From NCBI GenBank assembly GCA_034440455.1, contig JAWXCB010000066.1, positions 2,807 through 66,806 of the forward strand: DNA of 64,000 nucleotides. Direction: 5' to 3'. Positions 55,942 through 64,000 of the stretch are shown piece after piece. Below the pieces are notes generated by a model. That model searched no databases. It was not told the DNA's origin and saw only the letters and a list, made by a program, of their open reading frames with translations. A program made the translations under genes and the position numbers. Each line of letters opens with the position of its first letter. Within the stretch, counting starts at the first letter, position 1. The stretch comes from Chitinophagales bacterium. GTDB taxonomy: Bacteria; Bacteroidota; Bacteroidia; Chitinophagales; CAIOSU01.

Positions 55942-57102
55942 TCACTCCTCCAGCTTCGCCCGTTTGAACTCTTTTGTTTCATCAAACAGCTTGCGATACG
56001 TAGCGTGAGTTTTGATGATACGCGCGCCAAGATTTTCAGCCACTTTCATCATTTTGGGATTGAAGTCGGCAATCCAGGTGAGTTCGATGTCGTCCCAGCG
56101 AAGTTGCGGCTGCACTATATAATTCGCTGCAATCACAATGCTACCTTCCACACCCTTGCCTTGAAAATCCGGTATCACGCCAAATACGAAACCAAACACT
56201 TTGCGGCATGTTCCCTTCCATCGGTGATACGCGAACTTCAACTTGCCAAATAAATCCATCTTGCCATTGACATACTTGAAATACTTGTTCAATTCCGGCA
56301 GCATAAAGAAAATCGCAATCGGCTCTTCCTTGTGATAGCCAAACCAAAACAAATCTTCCACAATCACGGGCTTCATTGATTGCATCAGCTTGGTTGCCTG
56401 CTCTTTGCTTAATTCTTTCACGCCTGCTCTGCCGCTAAACGCTTTATTATAGATGTAGCGAAAGTCTTCCGCAAACTTGTCCACGCGCTTCATGTCGAGA
56501 TGGCAAAACGAAAAGTCCTTGTCTTCCATCAGCTTCTCCGATTTTTCATAAAACTTTTTCGGACGCGGCTCATTCATTCCCAATCCATAAGAATATTGAT
56601 AGAAATAAACCTGAAACCCATATGCATCAAACAACTCTTTATAGTAAGGCAGGTTGTAATTTATTTGATAGGTAGGCTCGGTGAATCCGTCAATCAACAT
56701 ACCCCACCAGGCGTTGCGCTCGCCAAAATTCACCGGACCGTCCATCGCTTCCATTTTCCGTTCTTTCAGCCACTCCTTGCATTTATCAAAAAGCAGGAAC
56801 GCAGCTTTCTTATCATTGACGCACTCAAAAAATCCCATGCCGCCCGTAGGCTGCTCAAAGGTGTATGCCTTGCTTTCATTGATGAAAGCAGCCACACGAC
56901 CGATTATTTTCCCCGAAATGTCTTTTAATATCCAACGCACAGCAGAGCCGTGTTTGAAAAACTTGTTGCGCTCCGTGTCAAACACCTTGCGGATGTCATC
57001 ATCAAGCGGGCGGATATAGTTGAGGTCATTTTTATAAAGCGGAACAGGAAAGGTGATAAACTCCTCGCCCACTGCTTTGGTCGTTACTTCGATTAATTGC
57101 AT
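55942..57102 (-). CDS. conserved hypothetical protein, possibly GNAT-fold
   Basis: 386-aa cytoplasmic ORF. The C-terminal third (VFGFVFGVIPDFQGKGVEGSIV) loosely resembles an acetyl-CoA-binding GNAT segment. No firm family. Confidence 0.45.
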   Translation of the reverse strand: MQLIEVTTKAVGEEFITFPVPLYKNDLNYIRPLDDDIRKVFDTERNKFFKHGSAVRWILKDISGKIIGRVAAFINESKAYTFEQPTGGMGFFECVNDKKAAFLLFDKCKEWLKERKMEAMDGPVNFGERNAWWGMLIDGFTEPTYQINYNLPYYKELFDAYGFQVYFYQYSYGLGMNEPRPKKFYEKSEKLMEDKDFSFCHLDMKRVDKFAEDFRYIYNKAFSGRAGVKELSKEQATKLMQSMKPVIVEDLFWFGYHKEEPIAIFFMLPELNKYFKYVNGKMDLFGKLKFAYHRWKGTCRKVFGFVFGVIPDFQGKGVEGSIVIAANYIVQPQLRWDDIELTWIADFNPKMMKVAENLGARIIKTHATYRKLFDETKEFKRAKLEE

Positions 57103-57217
57103 GGGCGCAAAAGTAGTGAACAGTCAACTCAGAAAGCACAGATTCTATTTTTCAAAGAGATTGAATCTGTTTTATGCTGCATGAAATTTTGAAAACAGTT
57201 TTTGTAATTTTAACCCT

Positions 57218-57460
57218 ATGATTCTCGAATACATGCAAGCTGCAATGCGCAAAGCCCGCTATGAGTATTTGCCTGATGATAAGTTGTATTCTGGTGAAAT
57301 CCCCGGATTCAAAGGCGTGTATGCTTCATCAAAACATCTTGAAGATTGCCGCAAAGAATTACATGCAGTGCTGGAAGACTGGCTGCTTATCAGCCTGCAA
57401 AGAAACCTTCCCATTCCGGTAGTAAATAAGATTTCTCTTAAAATCAAGAACGTGGCATAG
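57218..57460 (+). CDS. hicB: HicB-family antitoxin
   Basis: 80 aa. The YSGEIPGFKGVYASSKHLEDCRKELHAVLEDWL pattern is typical of short HicB proteins. Its stop abuts the next ATG. Confidence 0.7.
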   Translation: MILEYMQAAMRKARYEYLPDDKLYSGEIPGFKGVYASSKHLEDCRKELHAVLEDWLLISLQRNLPIPVVNKISLKIKNVA

Positions 57461-57678
57461 ATGCCATCGCTGAAACCCGTAAAAAGAAATGAGCTTATCC
57501 GCTTTTTACAAATGCGCGGATTTGAAGAACCGTTTGCAGGAGGGAAACATCAGTTTCTGATTAAAGGGCCACTACGCCTTACATTACTCAATCCACACCA
57601 TCAGATATTGGAGTGAACCTGCTTGCTAAAATTCTTAAACAAGCGGAGATACCTAAATCGGAGTGGAACAAAATCTAA
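57461..57678 (+). pseudogene. hicA: HicA-family toxin gene with a frameshift
   Basis: MPSLKPVKRNELIRFLQMRGFEEPFAGGKHQFLIKGPLRLTLLNPHHQ reads into a stop at 57614-57616. The family C-terminus DIGVNLLAKILKQAEIPKSEWNKI* continues in the +1 frame from 57604. Adding one A after 57603 restores NPHHQDIG. Confidence 0.65.
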
Positions 57679-57761
57679 GTCAGGTTTGCTGCAAGAAAAT
57701 TTTTGCGTTCAACTAAATTTCATTCAATTCCATAAATTAGTGTAATCAAAATCTCATTCCC

Positions 57762-60557
57762 ATGAAATGTCTTTCAGTATCCTTCTCCATTCTTTTCAGT
57801 TTCGTATTAATTGTAAATGCACAGGTCAATCAGGACGCACCTTCTGTGCTTCATCAAATGGAAAACCTCAACAGCTATTGGAAAGGAAAACAAATCCAGG
57901 AGCCGATTCTAAAGGAAAAAACTTTTCTGCCGGATGATGTTTCGCTCATTCAAACGCATTTGTCGCTCGTTGAAAAAACATTGCGGGAAAAAGACACAAA
58001 GAATCTTTCAGCAGAACAACAGTACAACAGAAATCAGTGTTTGAATATTTTGCATGATTACAGGCTGAATGGTGTTTTTCCAAAGAATACACATCATGCC
58101 GCGCGCACACCTTATTTCATTGACAACTTCGGCACTGCCTGCGCAGTGGGGCAGTTGATTGTTTCAACAGGCTATGAAAGCGTTGCGCAAAAAATCCGCT
58201 CAGGAAATAATTACGCATACATCAGTGAACTGAATCAGCAATATCCTGAACTGCAACTCTGGGCTGATGCCTATGGTTTTGAAATAGATGAACTGGCGTG
58301 GATACAGCCGGGGTATTGCTTCAACCCCTGCGTTGGTTATATCCGGAATGTAAGTTGCTATGGCGTCAATGATGGCTGCATCGGCACATATCCAGACATG
58401 ACCGGTGTGGGCGTTTCGCCCTATGTTTATCAAGAGCAGATGTGGAATGGCAATCAATGGGGACAACCACCCATGTTTAGTTCGGGCTTGTGCGATTTAC
58501 CCGCAGGTCTCTACCGTCATTTGGTGATTGATGCCGTGAGCGATTCCTTTTCATTTGAATACACGCTCACTCAACCTGATTCTATTTCCATTGCTATCAG
58601 TTCAACCGATGATGCAGGCGGTTGTCATGGCACCGCGTTTGCGCAGGCTTCGGGCGGTGTGCCTCCTTATTCTTATCTGTGGTCAACAGGTGACACAACA
58701 CAATCTATTGCTGATGCTTGCTTCGGAACCTATTCCCTTACTGTAACTGACTCCAACGACTGCGAAAAATATGCAAGCATTATCGTTACTTCAATTTCAA
58801 CACCAACAGCATCAGTCACCCACGGTCCGATTATCGGAGGTGTTACTCCAACTATTGCGCGTGTTTTCGTGCGCACAGATTCTGTTGCAACTGTGGCGAT
58901 TCAATTTTCCACCGACAATACTTTTTCTTCCATCGCAAAAACCGTTTCCGGGCAAACGCTTGCTGCGCGTGATTCATCCAATATCTTTAACGCAACCGGA
59001 CTTGCGCCCGACACGCGCTATCATGTGCGTGTGCTTATCAACGGAACAGAATCAGGCAATCGTTCTTCCTTTAAAACATTTCCGCAAGCAGGACAGCCGG
59101 GGCATTACAAATTTTTATTCGGCTCGTGTCAATATGAATTGTCTGATTTTGACAGCTCGCTGTTTGTGCAAATGAAAACGGAAGATGCTAATATCTATAC
59201 GCCCACGGGCGACTGGGGCTATCCTGACAAAGACGATGGCACAAACGATTTGTATCTCGCAAATCCACCTACCTCGTGGGCTGTTGATTACAACAAGATA
59301 AGCGCGATTTACAAGGAGCGGTACGCGAGCAGCAACAGCGCGTTTTTCATCCGCAACATCGCGATGGATTACACGCATGATGACCATGATTATCTGAATG
59401 ATAATTCAGCGCGTGATGCCGCAAACATTTTTGAAATCAATCCCTTCGGGGGAAATTTTGGTGAGCCCAAAGTAGCTTCGCAACCACCGCAGGCGCGGTT
59501 GAATCTTCTGCAAGCATACCGGGAAATTTTCCCAAGCTATTCACTTGTTGATTCAACTGAAGGAATTTTTCACAGCTACGTGATGGGTAATTGTGAAGTG
59601 TTTGTATTGGATACAAGAAGCGCGCGCAGCCCGCAACATGCTGCGATTGTAGAATCGGGCGGTGAGTGGATGATTCAGGAACCCGCTGGACATTCCCTCC
59701 TTGGGCAAATACAAATGAACTGGCTGCTCAACGGCTTGCTCAACTCCACTGCCGATTGGAAAATCATTGTGTCGAGCGTTACGTTCAATGCTGGTTACAA
59801 AGCGGTGATGGACTCGCTTTTTTCAATCGGGAAAGGTTCCAGTCCGATATTGGGAGCCGATGTGGGCGGAATCTATATTTCAACCGGATTGCTTGGAGCA
59901 TCACAGATGTCTGATTTGTGGTTAGGCTTTCCTTCCGACCAACAAGCGCTGCTTGATTTGGTGGAGACGAATAATTTGAAAAACATTTTCATCGTGAGCG
60001 GTGATGCGCACTCTGCCGCTTTGGATGATGGCACAAACTCCGGCATTCCAGAATTGATGTCGGCAAACCTCAAGAAGTCGAACAGTCAGGACCCGCTCAT
60101 TCTCAGCAATTTCATCGGCTATCCGCTATGGAATAAAGGCGCAAGCGGCATGGGCAATCAAAATTTCAACAGCACGTATGGAAAGGTAGAAGTGTTTGGC
60201 AGCGATTCCGTGCGCTTAAGCGCGGTAGATGCTGATGGCGTAGAAGTGTGCGGGCATACGTTCAACTATGAATCTGCGGATACGAATACAAGCGTTGCGC
60301 CTGTTGCTTCAAAAGAAAAATTCAAAGTGTTCCCCAATCCCTCGTCTGATAAATTATTTGTGGAGACAACAAACCCGGAGCAACAATTCTATTTTATCCT
60401 TATCTCTCCCGAAGGAAAAGAAATCAGCAGGAAATTTTTCTCCGGCAAAGGCGAACTGGATTTAAGCGGTTTGCCTAACGGCAATTATCTCTATCGCATT
60501 CTGAATGAAAAATATTTGCACCTGAGTTCGGGCGTGGTGAGCGTGATAAAGCATTGA
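57762..60557 (+). CDS. PhoD-like phosphatase with SprB-type repeat and T9SS C-terminal sorting domain
   Basis: Signal peptide. GGCHGTAFAQASGGVPPYSYLWSTGDT...TVTDSNDCE (SprB-type repeat). PhoD_N-like beta domain. Metallophosphatase motifs (FLFGSCQ, HDDHDY, SGDAHSAA). C-terminal FKVFPNPSSDKLFVE...NGNYLYRI. Confidence 0.8.
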   Translation: MKCLSVSFSILFSFVLIVNAQVNQDAPSVLHQMENLNSYWKGKQIQEPILKEKTFLPDDVSLIQTHLSLVEKTLREKDTKNLSAEQQYNRNQCLNILHDYRLNGVFPKNTHHAARTPYFIDNFGTACAVGQLIVSTGYESVAQKIRSGNNYAYISELNQQYPELQLWADAYGFEIDELAWIQPGYCFNPCVGYIRNVSCYGVNDGCIGTYPDMTGVGVSPYVYQEQMWNGNQWGQPPMFSSGLCDLPAGLYRHLVIDAVSDSFSFEYTLTQPDSISIAISSTDDAGGCHGTAFAQASGGVPPYSYLWSTGDTTQSIADACFGTYSLTVTDSNDCEKYASIIVTSISTPTASVTHGPIIGGVTPTIARVFVRTDSVATVAIQFSTDNTFSSIAKTVSGQTLAARDSSNIFNATGLAPDTRYHVRVLINGTESGNRSSFKTFPQAGQPGHYKFLFGSCQYELSDFDSSLFVQMKTEDANIYTPTGDWGYPDKDDGTNDLYLANPPTSWAVDYNKISAIYKERYASSNSAFFIRNIAMDYTHDDHDYLNDNSARDAANIFEINPFGGNFGEPKVASQPPQARLNLLQAYREIFPSYSLVDSTEGIFHSYVMGNCEVFVLDTRSARSPQHAAIVESGGEWMIQEPAGHSLLGQIQMNWLLNGLLNSTADWKIIVSSVTFNAGYKAVMDSLFSIGKGSSPILGADVGGIYISTGLLGASQMSDLWLGFPSDQQALLDLVETNNLKNIFIVSGDAHSAALDDGTNSGIPELMSANLKKSNSQDPLILSNFIGYPLWNKGASGMGNQNFNSTYGKVEVFGSDSVRLSAVDADGVEVCGHTFNYESADTNTSVAPVASKEKFKVFPNPSSDKLFVETTNPEQQFYFILISPEGKEISRKFFSGKGELDLSGLPNGNYLYRILNEKYLHLSSGVVSVIKH

Positions 60558-60636
60558 GGTTTAATTATCAGACTTAACTTTCATTATGCGCATGTTTATT
60601 GTAAATTTTCCCCTCAAATTAATTAGAAGAAGAGCG

Positions 60637-61062
60637 ATGATTAACAAAGTTTTCTTTTTCCTCCTGCTTTTATCCTGTTGTCTTTCTTCCTGCAAAGACG
60701 AAGAGCAACTTGACGCAACTCTCTTTGGCACATGGAATGTAACCAAAGTGCATGGGCAGCAATATGTAAACGGCAACGCGGGACTGCAACTTACTGACAA
60801 CAATCCCACCGGCTACATCCGATTTGATGAAGATGGCACAGGCGAGCAGAATTATACATTTACGCTGTTCGGCACAGCCTATCCCACCGTAAATGAATTC
60901 AGTTGGGAAGCAGATGCTGCCGAAATACGAGTTGACCGCTTCAATGCATCTGACCTTGTGTGGCGCAGAATCACCAATGAAGCCAACAAGCAGGAAGCCA
61001 CCTACAACATCGTGGTGGATGCAACTCAAAACTGGGACTACACGCTTACCCTTGAGAAGTAA
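60637..61062 (+). CDS. hypothetical lipoprotein
   Basis: MINKVFFFLLLLSCCLSSC lipobox and a mature protein of about 140 aa. No family assigned. Confidence 0.5.
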   Translation: MINKVFFFLLLLSCCLSSCKDEEQLDATLFGTWNVTKVHGQQYVNGNAGLQLTDNNPTGYIRFDEDGTGEQNYTFTLFGTAYPTVNEFSWEADAAEIRVDRFNASDLVWRRITNEANKQEATYNIVVDATQNWDYTLTLEK

Positions 61063-61440
61063 TCGCTCTGTTTGAAACTTTTTTTCACAACACACGTTTG
61101 TGTTGAAAATATTTCTGAAAAATATTGCAGGAATAATAATTTTACTCCTTCAAATTTTTGCTAAGACATAGATGAAGAAAATCAGGCACAATGAAATCAA
61201 TTCCTTCGCGCAGGGCGTAGCAGGGAATTTAGTGTCATCTCTCCTCAAAGGCGAAGTGCTTGCCTTCAACTCGCACTCGTTCAATCCCATTATCCTTCCA
61301 TTTTTTATCAGGCTCTGAATCGCGGCAATGTTTCGTGCCGGAGGTTGCCAGACAGCCGAACGTGTTTTCGTTTTTTCCTGTTGCGGGAAAATTCGTTCTC
61401 ATTTTTTTATTTGTTTGATTTAAAAATGTTCAGTTAGTAA

Positions 61441-62076
61441 ATGGAAGAAAAAAAATTCAACATTCTTGTTGCAAATGAAAGCCACAGCAGCTTTGCAGAG
61501 ACCATCTGCGCAGAAATTGAATCCTCTGCAAAAGCGCGCGGCACGGGAATCGCAAAACGTTCGCCCGAATACATCTGCAAAAAAATGAGCGAAGGAAAAG
61601 CGGTGATTGCTTTTTCCAACGAGGGCGAATGGGCGGGCTTTTGCTACATCGAAACCTGGAGCGATGAAACGCAGGTGGTGAATTCGGGTTTGATTGTGGC
61701 GCCTGCTTTCAGAAAAGACGGCTTGGCGAAAGCCATCAAAACAAAAATTTTCGAGCTGTCGCGAAAAAAATATCCACACGCAAAAATTTTCGGACTTACC
61801 ACAGGGCTTGCCGTAATGAAAATAAACTCCGATTTGGGCTACGAGCCGGTGACATATTCCGAACTGACAACTGACGAAGCATTTTGGAATGGCTGCAAAA
61901 GCTGCGTGAATTATGAAATCCTGATGAGTAAAGAGCGGAAGAACTGTCTGTGTACTGCGATGCTTTATGACCCGGTAGAAAAGGAAATAGAAAAAGAAGC
62001 GAAGGTGGTTGAAATGCAACGCAAAGCAGGTCTGTTTAGACGACTGAAACAAGTCGTAAATTTTCTTTTCTTTTAA
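61441..62076 (+). CDS. GNAT-family N-acyltransferase of the arginine cluster (putative N-acyl-glutamate synthase)
   Basis: 211 aa. VAPAFRKDGLAKAI (R-x-x-G-x-A acyl-CoA motif). It sits immediately upstream of argG-argC, as in Bacteroidetes arg clusters. Confidence 0.65.
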   Translation: MEEKKFNILVANESHSSFAETICAEIESSAKARGTGIAKRSPEYICKKMSEGKAVIAFSNEGEWAGFCYIETWSDETQVVNSGLIVAPAFRKDGLAKAIKTKIFELSRKKYPHAKIFGLTTGLAVMKINSDLGYEPVTYSELTTDEAFWNGCKSCVNYEILMSKERKNCLCTAMLYDPVEKEIEKEAKVVEMQRKAGLFRRLKQVVNFLFF

Positions 62077-62091
62077 GCAACAATTCCTGAG

Positions 62092-63294
62092 ATGAAAAAA
62101 GAAAAAGTAGCGCTCGCCTTCAGTGGCGGGCTTGACACGTCCTTCTGTGTATTGTATCTGAAGAACAAATTGAATCTTGAAGTGCATGCGCTCACCGTGA
62201 ACACAGGCGGATTCAGCGAGGAGGAAATAGAAAAGATAAAGCAACACGCGCTTGCGCTTGGCGCTGCATCCTTTCAATGTGTGGATGCGAGAGATGAATA
62301 TTATCAAAAGGTGATTCGCTTTTTGATTTTCGGAAATGTGCTGAAGAACAACACATACCCGCTTTCTGTCAGCGCAGAACGTATCGTGCAGGCATTGGCA
62401 ACTGCGCGTTTCGCGAAAGAAATCGGTGCGGAGCATGTTGCACACGGCAGTACGGGAGCAGGGAATGACCAGGTGCGCTTCGATATGGTGTTCAATATTA
62501 TTCTGCCAAATGCAAAAATCATTACGCCCATTCGTGATTTGAAATTGTCGCGCGAAGAGGAAATTAACTTCCTGAAAGAAAATGGCGTGCAGATGAATTT
62601 TGAAAAAGCAAAGTACAGTATCAATAAAGGAATCTGGGGTACATCGGTAGGCGGCAGAGAAACATTAAACTCAAAAGATTCTTTACCTGAAGATGCTTTT
62701 CCTACACAACTTTCAAAAAAGGAAAATCAAAACATTACTCTGCATTTTGACAAAGGCGAATTGAAAGGAGTGAACGAGCAGCAATTTGAAAATCCTGTTG
62801 TCGCAATTCAAAAGGTAAACGAAATTGCCGCGCCTTTCGCAATCGGCAGGGATATTCATGTTGGCGATACGATTATTGGTATTAAAGGTCGTGTTGGATT
62901 TGAAGCTGCCGCACCACTCATTATTGTGAAGGCGCATCATCTTTTGGAAAAGCACGTGCTCACCAAATGGCAGATCTATTGGAAAGACCAAATGGCTGCG
63001 TGGTATGGCAACTGGCTGCATGAAGGTCAGTATCTTGACCCGGTGATGCGCGATATGGAAGCATTCATGGCGCACATGCAACAGAATGTTACAGGCGATG
63101 TTTTTGTCACGCTGAAGCCTTACCAATTTTCTGTAACGGGCATTGAATCAGCGCATGATTTGATGTCAGCTAAATTCGGAAGCTATGGCGAAATGAATCG
63201 CACCTGGAGCGGTGATGACGTAAAAGGCTTCACCAAAATTTTCGGCAATCAAGCGAGCATTTATTATCAGGTGAACAACGAGACCATAGAGTGA
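62092..63294 (+). CDS. argG: argininosuccinate synthase
   Basis: 400 aa. AFSGGLDTS ATP-binding motif and GSTGAGNDQVRF. Confidence 0.95.
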   Translation: MKKEKVALAFSGGLDTSFCVLYLKNKLNLEVHALTVNTGGFSEEEIEKIKQHALALGAASFQCVDARDEYYQKVIRFLIFGNVLKNNTYPLSVSAERIVQALATARFAKEIGAEHVAHGSTGAGNDQVRFDMVFNIILPNAKIITPIRDLKLSREEEINFLKENGVQMNFEKAKYSINKGIWGTSVGGRETLNSKDSLPEDAFPTQLSKKENQNITLHFDKGELKGVNEQQFENPVVAIQKVNEIAAPFAIGRDIHVGDTIIGIKGRVGFEAAAPLIIVKAHHLLEKHVLTKWQIYWKDQMAAWYGNWLHEGQYLDPVMRDMEAFMAHMQQNVTGDVFVTLKPYQFSVTGIESAHDLMSAKFGSYGEMNRTWSGDDVKGFTKIFGNQASIYYQVNNETIE

Positions 63295-64000
63295 AGAGTA
63301 AAACTGCTCGGATTCCCTTTAGGAGCGGGGTGAGGCTTTCAGCCGGCATCATCGGCAGCGGAGGCTACACAGGTGGTGAGTTGATTCGCTTGCTGGTAAA
63401 TCATCCGTCTGTTGAAATTGCTTTTGCGCATAGTAAAAGCAATGCGGGTGAATTTATTTACAAGGTGCATACTGACTTGCTTGGAGAAACCGATTTGAAA
63501 TTCACCAACAAAATTGGAAGCGATATTGATGTTTTATTTCTCTGCACGAGTCATAACGATTCAAGGAAATTTCTGGACGCAAATTCTATTTCTCACAAAA
63601 CAAAAATTATTGACTTGAGCCAGGATTTCCGGCTGAAGAAAAATAACGGAATTAAAGGGAGAGAATTTATCTACGGTTTGCCGGAATTGAATCGCGGTGA
63701 AATAAAAAAGTCAAACAGCATTGCCAATCCCGGATGCTTTGCGACTTGCATTCAATTGGCTTTGCTTCCGCTTGCGAAACAAAAATTATTAAACGGAGAA
63801 GTTCATGTTTCTGCAACAACCGGCTCAACCGGTGCAGGACAAGCGCCAAGCGAAACCACGCATTTCAGTTGGCGGCAAAATAATCTCTCTGTTTACAAAG
63901 CTTTCGAGCATCAGCATTTAAATGAGATTGGCGAATCGCTTAAACAACTTCAAAAGAATTTTGAGTGTGAAATCAACTTCATTCCGCATCGCGGAAGTTT
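63291..64000 (+). CDS. argC: N-acetyl-gamma-glutamyl-phosphate reductase (partial; runs off the window)
   Basis: GIIGSGGYTGGELIRLL Rossmann start and NPGCFATCIQLAL (catalytic Cys). The start is either GTG 63291 (overlapping the argG stop) or GTG 63330 (inside the repeat). There is no stop before the window end. Confidence 0.9.
   Translation, partial: MKSKTARIPFRSGVRLSAGIIGSGGYTGGELIRLLVNHPSVEIAFAHSKSNAGEFIYKVHTDLLGETDLKFTNKIGSDIDVLFLCTSHNDSRKFLDANSISHKTKIIDLSQDFRLKKNNGIKGREFIYGLPELNRGEIKKSNSIANPGCFATCIQLALLPLAKQKLLNGEVHVSATTGSTGAGQAPSETTHFSWRQNNLSVYKAFEHQHLNEIGESLKQLQKNFECEINFIPHRGS
63313..63336. repeat. partial CCCTC...GGTGAGGC family repeat at the argG/argC junction
   Basis: TTCCCTTTAGGAGCGGGGTGAGGC. 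Confidence 0.5.

Noticed and set aside
61172-61402. Two mutually antisense mini-ORFs upstream of the arg cluster: plus 61172-61321 (49 aa) and minus 61235-61402 (55 aa, MRTNFPATGKNENTFGCLATSGTKHCRDSEPDKKW...)
   Set aside because: Both are under 60 aa, they are mutually exclusive, and neither has a family I can name. They cannot be supported without a homology search.
61420-62445. 341-aa minus-strand ORF
   Set aside because: It is antisense to the GNAT gene and argG, both of which have strong family motifs. Its sequence is low-complexity (F/C/R-rich). Shadow ORF.
1-64000. CRISPR arrays, rRNA and tRNA genes
   Set aside because: The repeats seen are dispersed inverted palindromes, not regularly spaced direct repeats with unique spacers. 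No tRNA T-arm/acceptor-like sequence or rRNA-like sequence was noticed on either strand, but this was a visual scan only.

Overview
This is a chromosomal segment from a Bacteroidota (Bacteroidetes) genome. The evidence is a porP/sprF-gldK-gldL-gldM-gldN gliding/T9SS core operon, two proteins with T9SS C-terminal sorting domains, DUF4835 (PorD-like) and PorW/SprE-like genes, the bamD-rpoZ-coaBC-DUF4835 synteny, a GNAT-argG-argC arginine cluster, and A/T-rich start contexts without Shine-Dalgarno sequences.

Most of the window is housekeeping. In order: dusB, a Zn peptidase, two ALDH-family genes, thymidine phosphorylase, a FemAB-like/sulfotransferase/GT2 cassette, ctaA, slyD, RNase P RNA, an Smr protein, a VWA + ChlI-like ATPase pair, two thioredoxin-fold proteins, an ilvE-D-B-N-C-A operon with a candidate Ile/Val leader-peptide attenuator, DUF4835-coaBC-rpoZ-bamD-dapA, the gld operon, uvrC, an M23 peptidase-bactofilin-AtpZ cluster, a PorW/SprE-like TPR lipoprotein, PBP1A, priA, a PhoD-like T9SS cargo, and argG/argC.

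The accessory content is as follows:
- Five toxin-antitoxin-type modules, three of them wedged inside operons. Two toxins are disrupted: HEPN by an in-frame TAA and HicA by a frameshift.
- An orphan DUF433 gene next to a split M90 peptidase.
- A 5'-truncated IS30 relic upstream of the gld operon.
- A single-polypeptide Type IIG restriction-modification gene in an AT-rich, gene-poor scar between PBP1A and priA.
- At least six families of short palindromic or stutter repeats filling the intergenic spacers. One copy is inserted in frame into a coding sequence, and one has a 10-bp direct-repeat flank.

I saw no CRISPR array, rRNA or tRNA. I could not identify a clear multi-gene novel system. The best candidates for unexplained biology are the dual-hairpin repeat family with compensatory changes, the VWA/ATPase pair with deviant Walker motifs, a 345-aa kinase-like orphan, the sulfotransferase cassette and the DUF433-M90 pair. 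All calls rest on reading motifs by eye; no similarity search or statistics were run.
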